A stretch of DNA of 64,000 nt from Nemertoderma westbladi (GCA_032718475.1 JAUCBJ010000001.1:62001-126000); one strand, 5' to 3'. Numbered from the stretch's first letter, positions 47,839-61,700 are shown. Numbers and translations are program-made. The notes: generated from the sequence alone by a model not told the origin.

Positions 47839-50569
47839 TTAGCGGGTGGTTTTTCAAATTTGCTTATAAAATGGCGTTTTTTAGATTGATTTTACATTAT
47901 TTTACATTGATCTTACAATATTTTACATTGAATTTAAATTATTTTACATTGATTTTATATTATTTTACTTTGATTAATTATTAAATAATATGATAATTAC
48001 AGGAGACTAAATAAATTGCTAACCTTCTAAAGTTAGCAATGAAACTCGATTAACGATTAACACAATTACAATTACTACTTTAACCTAAAACTAATATAAA
48101 TATAAAACGTTATTACAATACGTACAGGTCCTGCGAGTGGTCGTTAGTTCAGTTCTGCGTCGTAGGTGCTGCGTAATATAGTAGTTTAGTTTATATTTAC
48201 AGCAAATCCATTTCTTACCATAAATCTATTTATTCCCAGCAATAATTAAACTGTAACATGTACTATTGGCCTCGTTTATTGTTTTGGTTCGAATAACATG
48301 TCACTGTAACATGCTCCTTTTCCTTAAAGACACCAGGATATTGCACCAAAGGACCTAATGACGCGATAGGCCGTAACAAACAGCTCAGGTCATTCTCCAC
48401 TCCACCCACCTTAATTCCCCCCAAGGTTCTGATTCATCTCATTAACAAACTTACTGTAGAAATTTAAAAAATTCATTTGTTTCATAAAAAATTATAAAAT
48501 TTCCTGGGTCATTTAGTGTATTTCACTAATTATAGAAAATTCCGGTTCCGGCCGGAATTCCGGTTCCGCCCGGAATTCCGGCCGGAATATTCCGGCATGT
48601 TGAATTCCGGTTCCGGCCGGAATCAAAATATCGATTCCGGGACATCCCTAAACTTAACATTACAAAAAGATTCCTCACCCTCGAATTAGGGGGGTAGCCA
48701 AAATTTGACCATAAAAAAGTTCAATTCTAGGGGGCAAAAGATCATGATCGCGAAATGATCAGTTTTTTCGAAATTACTTCTGAGCATTTTGGGGCAAAAC
48801 TTTCAAACTAATAAACATTCACTGGAGTGTTCTAAGTAGATTAAAAAAAATTTCGACTCAATAGGCCTACCGGTACCGGAGATATGGTCGTCCAAAGTCT
48901 GCTTTACGGTAATTCGAAAATATTTCGAAAACCCTTGATCGAATTTTTTCCTTGAAAATATGTGAATGTACAGTTAGTGGACCCGCATGTAACGATACAT
49001 CACAATCCATATTTCGGATGACAGGTACCGGTGAAATCTGACTTTACCGAAAAAAATTCAAATTTTAGCTATTATGTCTGACTATCTCGATAACTATAAT
49101 AGGTATGGAAATACTTTCACTGCAAGAAATGTTCGCCTATCCAATGCGCTTCTAACTCTGTACTCGGATTTTGCATAGTGTCAAAACCTACTACTTAACC
49201 CCCCCAGCGGAGGGAACGGAGTGACCGGAGCGCCAGTACTATCTTTCATTATTATGAAGTAATAAGGGTGGTGGGTGGGGTAGGTGGTGAACACTATTTA
49301 TAGGGTAGAGGGAGGGTCTAGTATATTACATAGTTTAGCTGCCTCAGTCTTATTTGTAATATGTTATATATTATACGAAATTATATCAAGTTTAACATAC
49401 TACATTGTCTACCTCTAGGATAAATATACAATGTAGGGCTCATAATATATTTATAAATAGATTTAGTATATTTACATTGTATAACAGAGTGAATTGATAC
49501 TATTACGGTATTATACTAAAGACGCCGCTTTGATATATCTGATCAAATGGCAATTTCTGGTAAATTATCTATTTCACTATCTTAGGTATATCATTCAATT
49601 TTTAAAACTATAATAATAAACATTTACTTCACTTCTTGTTTACTCGCATGGATATATTAATATAAAATACATCAGTATAATATTTTATGGGGCCAAACCC
49701 AACGTAATCAGAGTAATGTTTAATTATTATTACAATTGGCACATTGAAGTAAGTAGTACATGAGTTTGATAAAATAATTATGAATCCGTATCTTATTCTA
49801 CTCTACTTCCTCTCACTCTCTCTCTTTCTCTCTCTCTTTCTCACTCTTATTCTTACTACCACTACTAACTACTATTACTACTACTACTACTGACTACTGC
49901 AGAGTTATATATTATAAGATGACGGGGTTCGTGATTATTAGTTATTATACAAGTGCCCCTCGGCTATAGAGAGTCCACCCTCGGTTGCTTACTGGATAAT
50001 TGTAATAAAGTTGTAGAAGAACACAAATATACGGGGTGTTGAAATCACTTCCATTGTCTACTAAGTAAGCCATATGGCGATAATTCTGCATAGCAGATCC
50101 AGTTTTTATTCAGTTATATAATATATACAGTTTGCTTTGCACACTTTCCTTGTCAAACGTGGTTTATGCCAGTCGCTATGGTGATTGCTAATAGCACAGA
50201 TGTATTATATATTGATCGCCCATTGGGATAAGCTGCAACGGTTCCTGGATGGGTGTTAAATGGGAGAGTTTTCCATTAACCTTTTAACGTTCTATTATAT
50301 TTTCCATTAAATATTACGTTGCTGGTTAATTTACAATCCATTTAAACCGGATAGGTTTCACTTAATCATATGGAAGTGTGTCTCATTATTACCATGAATA
50401 TACACAGCTACACACAATAATAAAAAGCAATGTAAGTCCTGTTTAATTTCAACAATAATCGCGATATTTAATAGTAATAAATATTATTGTATGTCATATT
50501 TTTTTATATTTTGTATATTTTTATAACATTTTTTTGTTTTTCATATATTGATGTTCTTTGTTACCTTAG

Positions 50570-50778
50570 GAAACCCGGCAACGCGGCTAGTCACACAAAC
50601 TTCGACCAAACAGCGCCATTGTCCGGCAATGTTAGCTCGGTTACTAGCGACATTATCGATGTGCTACGGTACACACAGACAGACCTCGACTTAGCAGTGA
50701 CTGCCTCTAACGCAGAGCTCGAACGCAATCTCCAGCAGACGCGAGCTCAACAAGATGAATCTCAAACTTTAATTAAAG
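50570..50778 (+). CDS. TACC: TACC coding exon 2
   Basis: ttag| acceptor, phase-compatible; DVLRYTQTDLDLAV (start of the TACC domain region); donor G|GTGAGT. Confidence 0.9.
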
Positions 50779-51084
50779 GTGAGTTTTTGATTAATATTCT
50801 TTGTGTCCAGTTGTGGACCTGGGCAGCCTAATTGTGTGGACGGTATAGAACCAGTATAAAACATGTTATAGATTCCAATGGGAGGCTAATTCCATATTGT
50901 TTCCCTTTCAATTGTGTTTTAATCACACATATCATATTTTTTCAAAACAATATATTCTTCAAATATATATATATATACGAAAAGTAGCTAACTATTCGTA
51001 TTTCGTTTTGACCAGATGGAAATTATAATCCCAAACCAATTTACATGTTTTCCGCCGCAGTGTAACTAACCTATTTGCGTTTAG

Positions 51085-51271
51085 GTTACGAGGCGATATT
51101 TCTGGCATTTATAAACAAACACGAAAGCGAGTCAACGTCGTCCAATCAGATCGTTCGTGATTTATTGCGCGAGAAAGAACTAGTTTGCGAAGACCTGGCG
51201 GGCGTGGAACAATCGTTCTCGGAGCTCCATAAACGTTACGATAAACTTAAACTATCCACGGACCGTGCGAG
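51085..51271 (+). CDS. TACC: TACC coding exon 3
   Basis: EKELVCEDLAGVEQSFSELHKRYDKLK (TACC domain); ttag| acceptor; AG|GTTGGT donor, phase matches exon 4. Confidence 0.9.
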
Positions 51272-51357
51272 GTTGGTCGCCGTTTACAGTAATTATAATA
51301 AATCACACAATAAATTTGGTACTGAGACTGAGAATATCAATGATATGAGACTCGAAT

Positions 51358-51902
51358 TAATGAGGTTAACTCGAGTTAATTAGGTTAACTCGAGTTAATG
51401 AGGTTAACTCGAGTTAATGAGGTTAACTCGAGTTAATGAGGTTAACTCGAGATAATGAGGTTAATGAGGTTAACTCGAGATAATGATGTTAACTCGAGTT
51501 AATGAGGTTAACTCGAGATAATGAGGTTAACTCGAGTTAATGAGGTTAACTCGAGTTAATGAAGTTAACTCGAGTTAATGAGGTTAACTCGAGTTATTGA
51601 GGTTAACTCGAGTTAATTAGGTTAACTCGAGTTAATGAGGTTAACACGAGATAATGAGGTTAACTCGAGTTAATGAGATTAACTCGAGTTATTGAGGTTA
51701 CCTCCAGTTAATGAGGTTAACTCGAGATAATTAGGTTAACTCGAGTTAATGAGGTTAACTCGAGATATTGAGGTTAACTCGAGTAAATGAGGTTACCTCG
51801 AGTTAATGAGGTTACCTCGAGTTAATGAGGTTAACTCGAGATAATGAGGTTAACTCGAGTTAATGAGGTTAACTCGAGTTAATGAGGTTAACTCGAGTTA
51901 AT
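51358..51902. repeat. 19-bp minisatellite with palindromic core (gaggttaactcgagttaat)n in TACC intron 3
   Basis: Roughly 28 copies; contains the 14-bp palindrome ttaactcgagttaa. Confidence 0.95.
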
Positions 51903-52628
51903 ATGCTCCCAATGTCAATTTATTTAGACTTCGATCTGTGTGTGTGGTCTGGTAGTTAGTTGGTACTTCTTCGTACAAAAAGGGGGACTTCCAAATATTT
52001 TGTGATGTTGAGTTATTCCATCCTGTTGTTGTTCCATCATTATTCCATTGTAGCGAGACAAAAAACGACTTTATTTTAGATAAAGTATAAATGCTCTACC
52101 GATAAAACGTTATCCTAGAGAAAAAAAGAGACTCACTGATCACTTTTTCACTGTAACTAATTATTCTATATTGAGTGATTTTTACTTTTTACCACCAACG
52201 AACGAGTGCTAAAATACCAACGAGTGCAAAACTCCTTACAGGAGGCAGCCTATCTTAATTATTGCGGCAAACTAGATGACAATGAGTTCTTTCCGTTTCT
52301 CTTTAAGAGTGGTCAACAGTTTTTCAAAAATATGAAAATCTAAATTTATAATAATTAGATAATAATGTATAATTTCAGTGTGAATCCGACATTACAACAC
52401 GAGATCGTTATACTTTATCATCTTACTTTTTATTTTTCTTTACTCCGCTACTTACGTGTTTAGGTTATTCCGTAGACCCAATGTTTACATGTGGCATAAA
52501 GCTCGGCGTTTGTCATGTGTTGTCTCCAACTGATGTTTAGGGCTGCCCTTAGTGCTCTTGTGTAGCAACCATCAATTCGTTGTTCAAGTGATTTCCTCGG
52601 TGTTATTTTAACAATTTATTATTTTTAG

Positions 52629-52713
52629 GGCGCAAGTGACATTGAAAGACCAAAAGATAGTTGACTACGAGATAAAAATGCAAAAACAAGAGCAAAGATA
52701 CCAGGAACTTAAG
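52629..52713 (+). CDS. TACC: TACC coding exon 4
   Basis: ttttag| acceptor; AQVTLKDQKIVDYEIKMQKQEQRYQELK (cf. TACC QRYQALK); donor AAG|GTGAGT, phase 0. Confidence 0.9.
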
Positions 52714-55700
52714 GTGAGTGTTTGTGCTGTAACCAGCTAGGTACCAGGAACTTAAGGTGAGTGTTTGTGCTGTAACCAGCTAGGTCGGGAACTTAAGGTG
52801 AGTGCTTGTGCTGTAACCAGCTAGGTCGGGAACTTAAGGTGAGTGTTTGTGCTGTAACCAGTTAGGTACCAGGAACTTAAGGTGAGTGTTTGTGCTGTAA
52901 CCAGCTAGGTACCAGGAACTTAAGATGAGTGTTTGTGCTGTAACCAGCTAGGTCGGGAACTTAAGGTGATTGCTTGTGCTGTAACCAGCTAGGTCGGGAA
53001 CTTAAGGTGAGTGTTTGTGCTGTAACCAGCTAGGTACCTGTAACTTAAGGTGAGTGCTTGTGCTGTAACCAGCTAGGTACCAGGAACTTAAGGTGAGTGT
53101 TTGTGCTGTAACCAGCTAGGTACCTATGGAAGTTAAGGTGAGTGTTTGTGCTGTAACCAGCTAGGTACCAGGAACTTAAGGTGAGTGTTTGTGCTGTAAC
53201 CAGCTAGGTACCAGGAACTTAAGGTGAGTGTTTGTGCTGTAACCAGCTAGGTACCAGGAACTTAAGGTGAGTGTTTGTGCTGTAACCAGCTAGGTACCAG
53301 GAACTTAAGGTGAGTGTTTGTGCTGTAACCAGCTAGGTACCTATGGAAGTTAAGGTGAGTGCTTGTGCTGTAACCAGCTAGGTCGGGAACTTAAGGTGAG
53401 TGTTTGTGCTGTAACCAGCTAGGTACCAGGAACTTAAGGTGAGTGTTTGTGCTGTAACCAGCTAGGTACCTATGGAAGTTAAGGTGAGTGCTTGTGCTGT
53501 AACCAGCTAGGTCGGGAACTTAAGGTGAGTGTTTGTGCTGTAACCAGCTAGGTACCAGGAACTTAAGGTGAGTGTTTGTGCTGTAACCAGCTAGGTACCA
53601 GGAACTTAAGGTGAGTGTTTGTGCTGTAACCAGCTAGGTACCAGGAACTTAAGGTGAGTGTTTGTGCTGTAACCAGCTAGGTACCTATGGAAGTTAAGGT
53701 GAGTGCTTGTGCTGTAACCAGCTAGGTCGGGAACTTAAGGTGAGTGTTTGTGCTGTAACCAGCTAGGTACCAGGAACTTAAGGTGAGTGTTTGTGCTGTA
53801 ACCAGCTAGGTCGGGAACTTAAGGTGAGTGTTTGTGCTGTAACCAGCTAGGTCGGGAACTTAAGGTGAGTGTTTGTGCTGTAACCAGCTAGGTACCAGGA
53901 ACTTAAGGTGAGTGTTTGTGCTGTAACCAGCTAGGTACCAGGAACTTAAGGTGAGTGTTTGTGCTGTAACCAGCTAGGTACCTATGGAAGTTAAGGTGAG
54001 TGCTTGTGCTGTAACCAGCTAGGTCGGGAACTTAAGGTGAGTGTTTGTGCTGTAACCAGCTAGGTACCTGGAAGTTAAGGTGAGTGCTTGTGCTGTAACC
54101 AGCTAGGTACCAGGAACTTAGGTGAGTGTTTGTGCTGTAACCAGCTAGGTCGGGAACTTAAGGTGAGTGTTTGTGCTGTAACCAGCTAGGTCGGGAACTT
54201 AAGGTGAGTGTTTGTGCTGTAACCAGCTAGGTACCAGGAACTTAAGGTGAGTGTTTGTGTTGTAACCAGCTAGGTACCTGTAACTTAAGGTGAGTGTTTG
54301 TGCTGTAACCAGCTAGGTCGGGAACTTAAGGTGAGTGTTTGTGCTGTAACCAGCTAGGTACCTGGAACTTAAGGTGAGTGCTTGTGCTGTAACCAGCTAG
54401 GTACCAGGAACTTAAGGTGAGTGTTTGTGCTGTAACCAGCTAGGTACCAGGAACTTAAGGTGAGTGTTTGTGTTGTAACCAGCTAGGTACCAGGAACTTA
54501 AGGTGAGTGTTTGTGCTGTAACCAGCTAGGTACCAGGAACTTAAGGTGAGTGTTTGTGTTGTAACCAGCTAGGTACCAGGAACTTAAGGTGAGTGTTTGT
54601 GCTGTAACCAGCTAGGTACCAGGAACTTAAGGTGAGTGCTTGTGCTGTAACCAGCTAGGTACCAGGAACTTAAGGTGAGTGTTTGTGCTGTAACCAGCTA
54701 GGTACCAGGAACTTAAGGTGAGTGTTTGTGTTGTAACCAGCTAGGTACCAGGAACTTAAGGTGAGTGTTTGTGCTGTAACCAGCTAGGTACCAGGAACTT
54801 AAGGTGAGTGCTTGTGCTGTAACCAGCTAGGTACCAGGAACTTAAGGTGAGTGTTTGTGCTGTAACCAGCTAGGTACCTGTAACTTAAGGTGAGTGTTTG
54901 TGCTGTAACCAGCTAGGTCGGGAACTTAAGGTGAGTGTTTGTGCTGTAACCAGCTAGGTACCTGGAACTTAAGGTGAGTGCTTGTGCTGTAACCAGCTAG
55001 GTCGGGAACTTAAGGTGAGTGTTTGTGCTGTAACCAGCTAGGTACCAGGAACTTAAGGTGAGTGCTTGTGCTGTAACCAGCTAGGTACCAGGAACTTAAG
55101 GTGAGTGTTTGTGCTGTAACCAGCTAGGTACAAGGAACTTAAGGTGAGTGTTTGTGTTGTAACCAGCTAGGTACCAGGAACTTAAGGTGAGTGTTTGTGC
55201 TGTAACCAGCTAGGTACCAGGAACTTAAGGTGAGTGCTTGTGCTGTAACCAGCTAGGTACCAGGAACTTAAGGTGAGTGTTTGTGCTGTAACCAGCTAGG
55301 TACCTGTAACTTAAGGTGAGTGTTTGTGCTGTAACCAGCTAGGTCCGGAACTTAAGGTGAGTGTTTGTGCTGTAACCAGCTAGGTACCTGGAACTTAAGG
55401 TGAGTGTTTGTGCTGTAACCAGCTAGGTACCAGGAACTTAAGGTGAGTGTTTGTGTTGTAACCAGCTAGGTACCAGGAACTTAAGGTGAGTGTTTGTGCT
55501 GTAACCAGCTAGGTACCAGGAACTTAAGGTGAGTGTTTGTGCTGTAACCAGCTAGGTACCTGTAACTTAAGGTGAGTGTTTGTGCTGTAACCAGCTAGGT
55601 CGGGAACTTAAGGTGAGTGTTTGTGCTGTAACCAGCTAGGTACCTGTAACTTAAGGTGAGTGCTTGTGCTGTAACCAGCTAGGTACCAGGAACTTAAGGT

Positions 55701-58700
55701 GAGTGTTTGTGCTGTAACCAGCTAGGTACCTATGGAAGTTAAGGTGAGTGTTTGTGCTGTAACCAGCTAGGTACCAGGAACTTAAGGTGAGTGTTTGTGC
55801 TGTAACCAGCTAGGTACCAGGAACTTAAGGTGAGTGTTTGTGCTGTAACCAGCTAGGTACCAGGAACTTAAGGTGAGTGTTTGTGCTGTAACCAGCTAGG
55901 TACCAGGAACTTAAGGTGAGTGTTTGTGCTGTAACCAGCTAGGTACCAGGAACTTAAGGTGAGTGTTTGTGCTGTAACCAGCTAGGTACCTATGGAAGTT
56001 AAGGTGAGTGCTTGTGCTGTAACCAGCTAGGTCGGGAACTTAAGGTGAGTGTTTGTGCTGTAACCAGCTAGGTACCAGGAACTTAAGGTGAGTGTTTGTG
56101 CTGTAACCAGCTAGGTACCAGGAACTTAAGGTGAGTGTTTGTGCTGTAACCAGCTAGGTACCTATGGAAGTTAAGGTGAGTGCTTGTGTTGTAACCAGCT
56201 AGGTACCAGGAACTTAAGGTGAGTGTTTGTGCTGTAACCAGCTAGGTACCAGGAACTTAAGGTGAGTGTTTGTGTTGTAACCAGCTAGGTACCAGGAACT
56301 TAAGGTGAGTGTTTGTGCTGTAACCAGCTAGGTACCAGGAACTTAAGGTGAGTGCTTGTGCTGTAACCAGCTAGGTACCAGGAACTTAAGGTGAGTGTTT
56401 GTGCTGTAACCAGCTAGGTACCAGGAACTTAAGGTGAGTGTTTGTGTTGTAACCAGCTAGGTACCAGGAACTTAAGGTGAGTGTTTGTGCTGTAACCAGC
56501 TAGGTACCAGGAACTTAAGGTGAGTGCTTGTGCTGTAACCAGCTAGGTACCAGGAACTTAAGGTGAGTGTTTGTGCTGTAACCAGCTAGGTACCTGTAAC
56601 TTAAGGTGAGTGTTTGTGCTGTAACCAGCTAGGTCGGGAACTTAAGGTGAGTGTTTGTGCTGTAACCAGCTAGGTACCTGGAACTTAAGGTGAGTGCTTG
56701 TGCTGTAACCAGCTAGGTCGGGAACTTAAGGTGAGTGTTTGTGCTGTAACCAGCTAGGTACCAGGAACTTAAGGTGAGTGCTTGTGCTGTAACCAGCTAG
56801 GTACCAGGAACTTAAGGTGAGTGTTTGTGCTGTAACCAGCTAGGTACCAGGAACTTAAGGTGAGTGTTTGTGTTGTAACCAGCTAGGTACCAGGAACTTA
56901 AGGTGAGTGTTTGTGATGTAACCAGCTAGGTACCAGGAACTTAAGGTGAGTGCTTGTGCTGTAACCAGCTAGGTACCAGGAACTTAAGGTGAGTGTTTGT
57001 GCTGTAACCAGCTAGGTACCTGTAACTTAAGGTGAGTGTTTGTGCTGTAACCAGCTAGGTCGGGAACTTAAGGTGAGTGTTTGTGCTGTAACCAGCTAGG
57101 TACCTGGAACTTAAGGTGAGTGTTTGTGCTGTAACCAGCTAGGTACCAGGAACTTAAGGTGAGTGTTTGTGTTGTAACCAGCTAGGTACCAGGAACTTAA
57201 GGTGAGTGTTTGTGCTGTAACCAGCTAGGTACCAGGAACTTAAGGTGAGTGTTTGTGCTGTAACCAGCTAGGTACCTGTAACTTAAGGTGAGTGTTTGTG
57301 CTGTAACCAGCTAGGTACCAGGAACTTAAGGTGAGTGTTTGTGTTGTAACCAGCTAGGTACCTGTAACTTAAGGTGAGTGTTTGTGCTGTAACCAGCTAG
57401 GTACCTGTAACTTAAGGTGAGTGCTTTTGCTGTAACCAGCTAGGTCGGGAACTTAAGGTGAGTGTTTGTGTTGTAACCAGCTAGGTCGGGAACTTAAGGT
57501 GAGTGTTTGTGCTGTAACCAGCTAGGTACCAGGAACTTAAGGTGAGTGTTTGTGCTGTAACCAGCTAGGTACCTATGGAAGTTAAGGTGAGTGCTTGTGC
57601 TGTAACCAGCTAGGTCGGGAACTTAAGGTGAGTGTTTGTGCTGTAACCAGCTAGGTCGGGAACTTAAGGTGAGTGTTTGTGCTGTAACCAGCTAGGTACC
57701 TGGAAGTTAAGGTGAGTGCTTGTGCTGTAACCAGCTAGGTACCAGGAACTTAAGGTGAGTGTTTGTGCTGTAACCAGCTAGGTCGGGAACTTAAGGTGAG
57801 TGTTTGTGCTGTAACCAGCTAGGTCGGGAACTTAAGGTGAGTGTTTGTGCTGTAACCAGCTAGGTACCAGGAACTTAAGGTGAGTGTTTGTGTTGTAACC
57901 AGCTAGGTACCTGTAACTTAAGGTGAGTGTTTGTGCTGTAACCAGCTAGGTCGGGAACTTAAGGTGAGCGTTTGTGCTGTAACCAGCTAGGTACCAGGAA
58001 CTTAAGGTGAGTGTTTGTGCTGTAACCAGCTAGGTACCTGGAAGTTAAGGTGAGTGTTTGTGTTGTAACCAGCTAGGTACCAGGAACTTAAGGTGAGTGT
58101 TTGTGCTGTAACCAGCTAGGTACCTGTAACTTAAGGTGAGTGTTTGTGCTGTAACCAGCTAGGTCGGGAACTTAAGGTGAGTGTTTGTGCTGTAACCAGC
58201 TAGGTACCAGGAACTTAAGGTGAGTGTTTGTGCTGTAACCAGCTAGGTACCAGGAACTTAAGGTGAGTGTTTGTGCTGTAACCAGCTAGGTACCAGGAAC
58301 TTAAGGTGAGTGCTTGTGCTGTAACCAGCTAGGTCGGGAACTTAAGGTGAGTGTTTGTGCTGTAACCAGCTAGGTACCAGGAACTTAAGGTGAGTGTTTG
58401 TGCTGTAACCAGCTAGGTACCAGGAACTTAAGGTGAGTGTTTGTGCTGTAACCAGCTAGGTACCTGGAAGTTAAGGTGAGTGTTTGTGCTGTAACCAGCT
58501 AGGTACCTGTAACTTAAGGTGAGTGCTTGTGCTGTAACCAGCTAGGTCGGGAACTTAAGGTGAGTGTTTGTGCTGTAACCAGCTAGCTCGGGAACTTAAG
58601 GTGAGTGCTTGTGCTGTAACCAGCTAGGTACCAGGAACTTAAGGTGAGTGTTTGTGCTGTAACCAGCTAGGTACCTGGAAGTTAAGGTGAGTGTTTGTGC

Positions 58701-61700
58701 TGTAACCAGCTAGGTACCAGGAACTTAAGCTGAGTGTTTGTGCTGTAACCAGCTAGGTACCAGGTACTTAAGGTGAGTGTTTGTGCTGTAACCAGCTAGG
58801 TACCTGGAACTTAAGGTGAGTGCTTTTGCTGTAACCAGCTAGGTCGGGAACTTAAGGTGAGTGCTTGTGCTGTAACCAGCTAGGTACCTGGAACTTAAGG
58901 TGAGTGTTTGTGCTGTAACCAGCTAGGTACCTGTAACTTAAGGTGAGTGTTTGTGCTGTAACCAGCTAGGTCGGGAACTTAAGGTGAGTGCTTGTGCTGT
59001 AACCAGCTAGGTACCAGGAACTTAAGGTGAGTGTTTGTGCTGTAACCAGCTAGGTACCAGGAACTTAAGGTGAGTGTTTGTGCTGTAACCAGCTAGGTAC
59101 CTGGAACTTAAGGTGAGTGCTTTTGCTGTAACCAGCTAGGTCGGGAACTTAAGGTGAGTGCTTGTGCTGTAACCAGCTAGGTACCTGGAACTTAAGGTGA
59201 GTGTTTGTGCTGTAACCAGCTAGGTACCAGGAACTTAAGGTGAGTGTTTGTGTTGTAACCAGCTAGGTACCAGGAACTTAAGGTGAGTGTTTGTGCTGTA
59301 ACCAGCTAGGTACCTGGAACTTAAGGTGAGTGCTTTTGCTGTAACCAGCTAGGTACCAGGAACTTAAGGTGAGTGTTTGTGCTGTAACCAGCTAGGTACC
59401 TGGAACTTAAGGTGAGTGTTTGTGCTGTAACCAGCTAGGTCGGGAACTTAAGGTGAGTGTTTGTGCTGTAACCAGCTAGGTACCAGGAACTTAAGGTGAG
59501 TGTTTGTGTTGTAACCAGCTAGGTACCTGGAACTTAAGGTGAGTGTTTGTGCTGTAACCAGCTAGGTCGGGAACTTAAGGTGAGTGTTTGTGCTGTAACC
59601 AGCTAGGTACCAGGAACTTAAGGTGAGTGTTTGTGTTGTAACCAGCTAGGTACCAGGAACTTAAGGTGAGTGTTTGTGCTGTAACCAGCTAGGTACCAGG
59701 AACTTAAGGTGAGTGTTTGTGCTGTAACCAGCTAGGTACCTGGAACTTAAGGTGAGTGCTTTTGCTGTAACCAGCTAGGTCGGGAACTTAAGGTGAGTGT
59801 TTGTGCTGTAACCAGCTAGGTCGGGAACTTAAGGTGAGCGTTTGTGCTGTAACCAGCTAGGTACCAGGAACTTAAGGTGAGTGTTTGTGCTGTAACCAGC
59901 TAGGTCGGGAACTTAAGGTGAGTGTTTGTGCTGTAACCAGCTAGGTACCAGGAACTTAAGGTGAGTGTTTGTGCTGTAACCAGCTAGGTCGGGAACTTAA
60001 GGTGAGTGTTTGTGCTGTAACCAGCTAGGTACCAGGAACTTAAGGTGAGTGCTTTTGCTGTAACCAGCTAGGTCGGGAACTTAAGGTGAGTGTTTGTGCT
60101 GTAACCAGCTAGGTACCAGGAACTTAAGGTGAGTGTTTGTGCTGTAACCAGCTAGGTGCCAGGAACTTAAGGTGAGTGTTTGTGCTGTAACCAGCTAGGT
60201 ACCAGGAACTTAAGGTGAGTGTTTGTGTTGTAACCAGCTAGGTACCTGGAACTTAAGGTGAGTGCTTTTGCTGTAACCAGCTAGGTCGGGAACTTAAGGT
60301 GAGTGTTTGTGCTGTAACCAGCTAGGTACCAGGAACTTAAGGTGAGTGTTTGTGTTGTAACCAGCTAGGTACCTGGAACTTAAGGTGAGTGCTTTTGCTG
60401 TAACCAGCTAGGTCGGGAACTTAAGGTGAGTGTTTGTGCTGTAACCAGCTAGGTACCAGGAACTTAAGGTGAGTGCTTTTGCTGTAACCAGCTAGGTCGG
60501 GAACTTAAGGTGAGTGTTTGTGCTGTAACCAGCTAGGTACCAGGAACTTAAGGTGAGTGTTTGTGCTGTAACCAGCTAGGTGCCAGGAACTTAAGGTGAG
60601 TGTTTGTGCTGTAACCAGCTAGGTACCAGGAACTTAAGGTGAGTGTTTGTGTTGTAACCAGCTAGGTACCTGGAACTTAAGGTGAGTGCTTTTGCTGTAA
60701 CCAGCTAGGTCGGGAACTTAAGGTGAGTGTTTGTGCTGTAACCAGCTAGGTACCAGGAACTTAAGGTGAGTGTTTGTGTTGTAACCAGCTAGGTACCTGG
60801 AACTTAAGGTGAGTGCTTTTGCTGTAACCAGCTAGGTCGGGAACTTAAGGTGAGTGTTTGTGCTGTAACCAGCTAGGTCGGGAACTTAAGGTGAGTGTTT
60901 GTGCTGTAACCAGCTAGGTACCTGGAACTTAAGGTGAGTGCTTGTGCTGTAACCAGCTAGGTACCTGGAAGTTAAGGTGAGTGTTTGTGCTGTAACCAGC
61001 TAGGTACCAGGAACTTAAGGTGAGTGCTTTTGCTGTAACCAGCTAGGTCGGGAACTTAAGGTGAGTGTTTGTGCTGTAACCAGCTAGGTACCTGGAACTT
61101 AAGGTGAGTGTTTGTGCTGTAACCAGCTAGGTCGGGAACTTAAGGTGAGTGTTTGTGCTGTAACCAGCTAGGTACCAGGAACTTAAGGTGAGTGTTTGTG
61201 TTGTAACCAGCTAGGTACCTGGAACTTAAGGTGAGTGCTTTTGCTGTAACCAGCTAGGTCGGGAACTTAAGGTGAGTGTTTGTGCTGTAACCAGCTAGGT
61301 ACCAGGAACTTAAGGTGAGTGTTTGTGTTGTAACCAGCTAGGTACCTGGAAGTTAAGGTGAGTGCTTGTGCTGTAACCAGCTAGGTACCTGGAAGTTAAG
61401 GTGATTGTTTGTGCTGTAACCAGCTAGGTACCAGGAACTTAAGGTGAGTGTTTGTGTTGTAACCAGCTAGGTACCTGGAAGTTAAGGTGATTGTTTGTGC
61501 TGTAACCAGCTAGGTACCAGGAACTTAAGGTGAGTGTTTGTGTTGTAACCAGCTAGGTACCTGGAACTTAAGGTGAGTGCTTTTGCTGTAACCAGCTAGG
61601 TCGGGAACTTAAGGTGAGTGTTTGTGCTGTAACCAGCTAGGTCGGGAACTTAAGGTGAGTGTTTGTGCTGTAACCAGCTAGGTACCAGGAACTTAAGGTG

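Larger units (their letters stand above)
46834..48650. mobile_element. hAT-type non-autonomous transposon
   Basis: TIR tagggatatcccggaat / attccgggacatcccta; perfect 8-bp TSD aacttaac; ccggaattccgg subterminal repeats. Confidence 0.93.
45935..48900. repeat. ~420-470-bp GATC-rich tandem repeat (~3 copies) interrupted by a hAT insertion, probably internal to a larger element (~45050-49245)
   Basis: aaaacttaacat(t/c)acaaaaagattc at ~45935, ~46357 and 46823+48651; 46130-46360 closely matches 46600-46830. Confidence 0.8.

Noticed and set aside
45050-49245. Full Helentron/Helitron call for the large intron-1 element (accgagcg..agcgagggaggt start also seen at ~14693)
   Set aside because: Termini, subterminal inverted repeats and the 3' hairpin could not be fixed with confidence; only the internal tandem repeat is reported.
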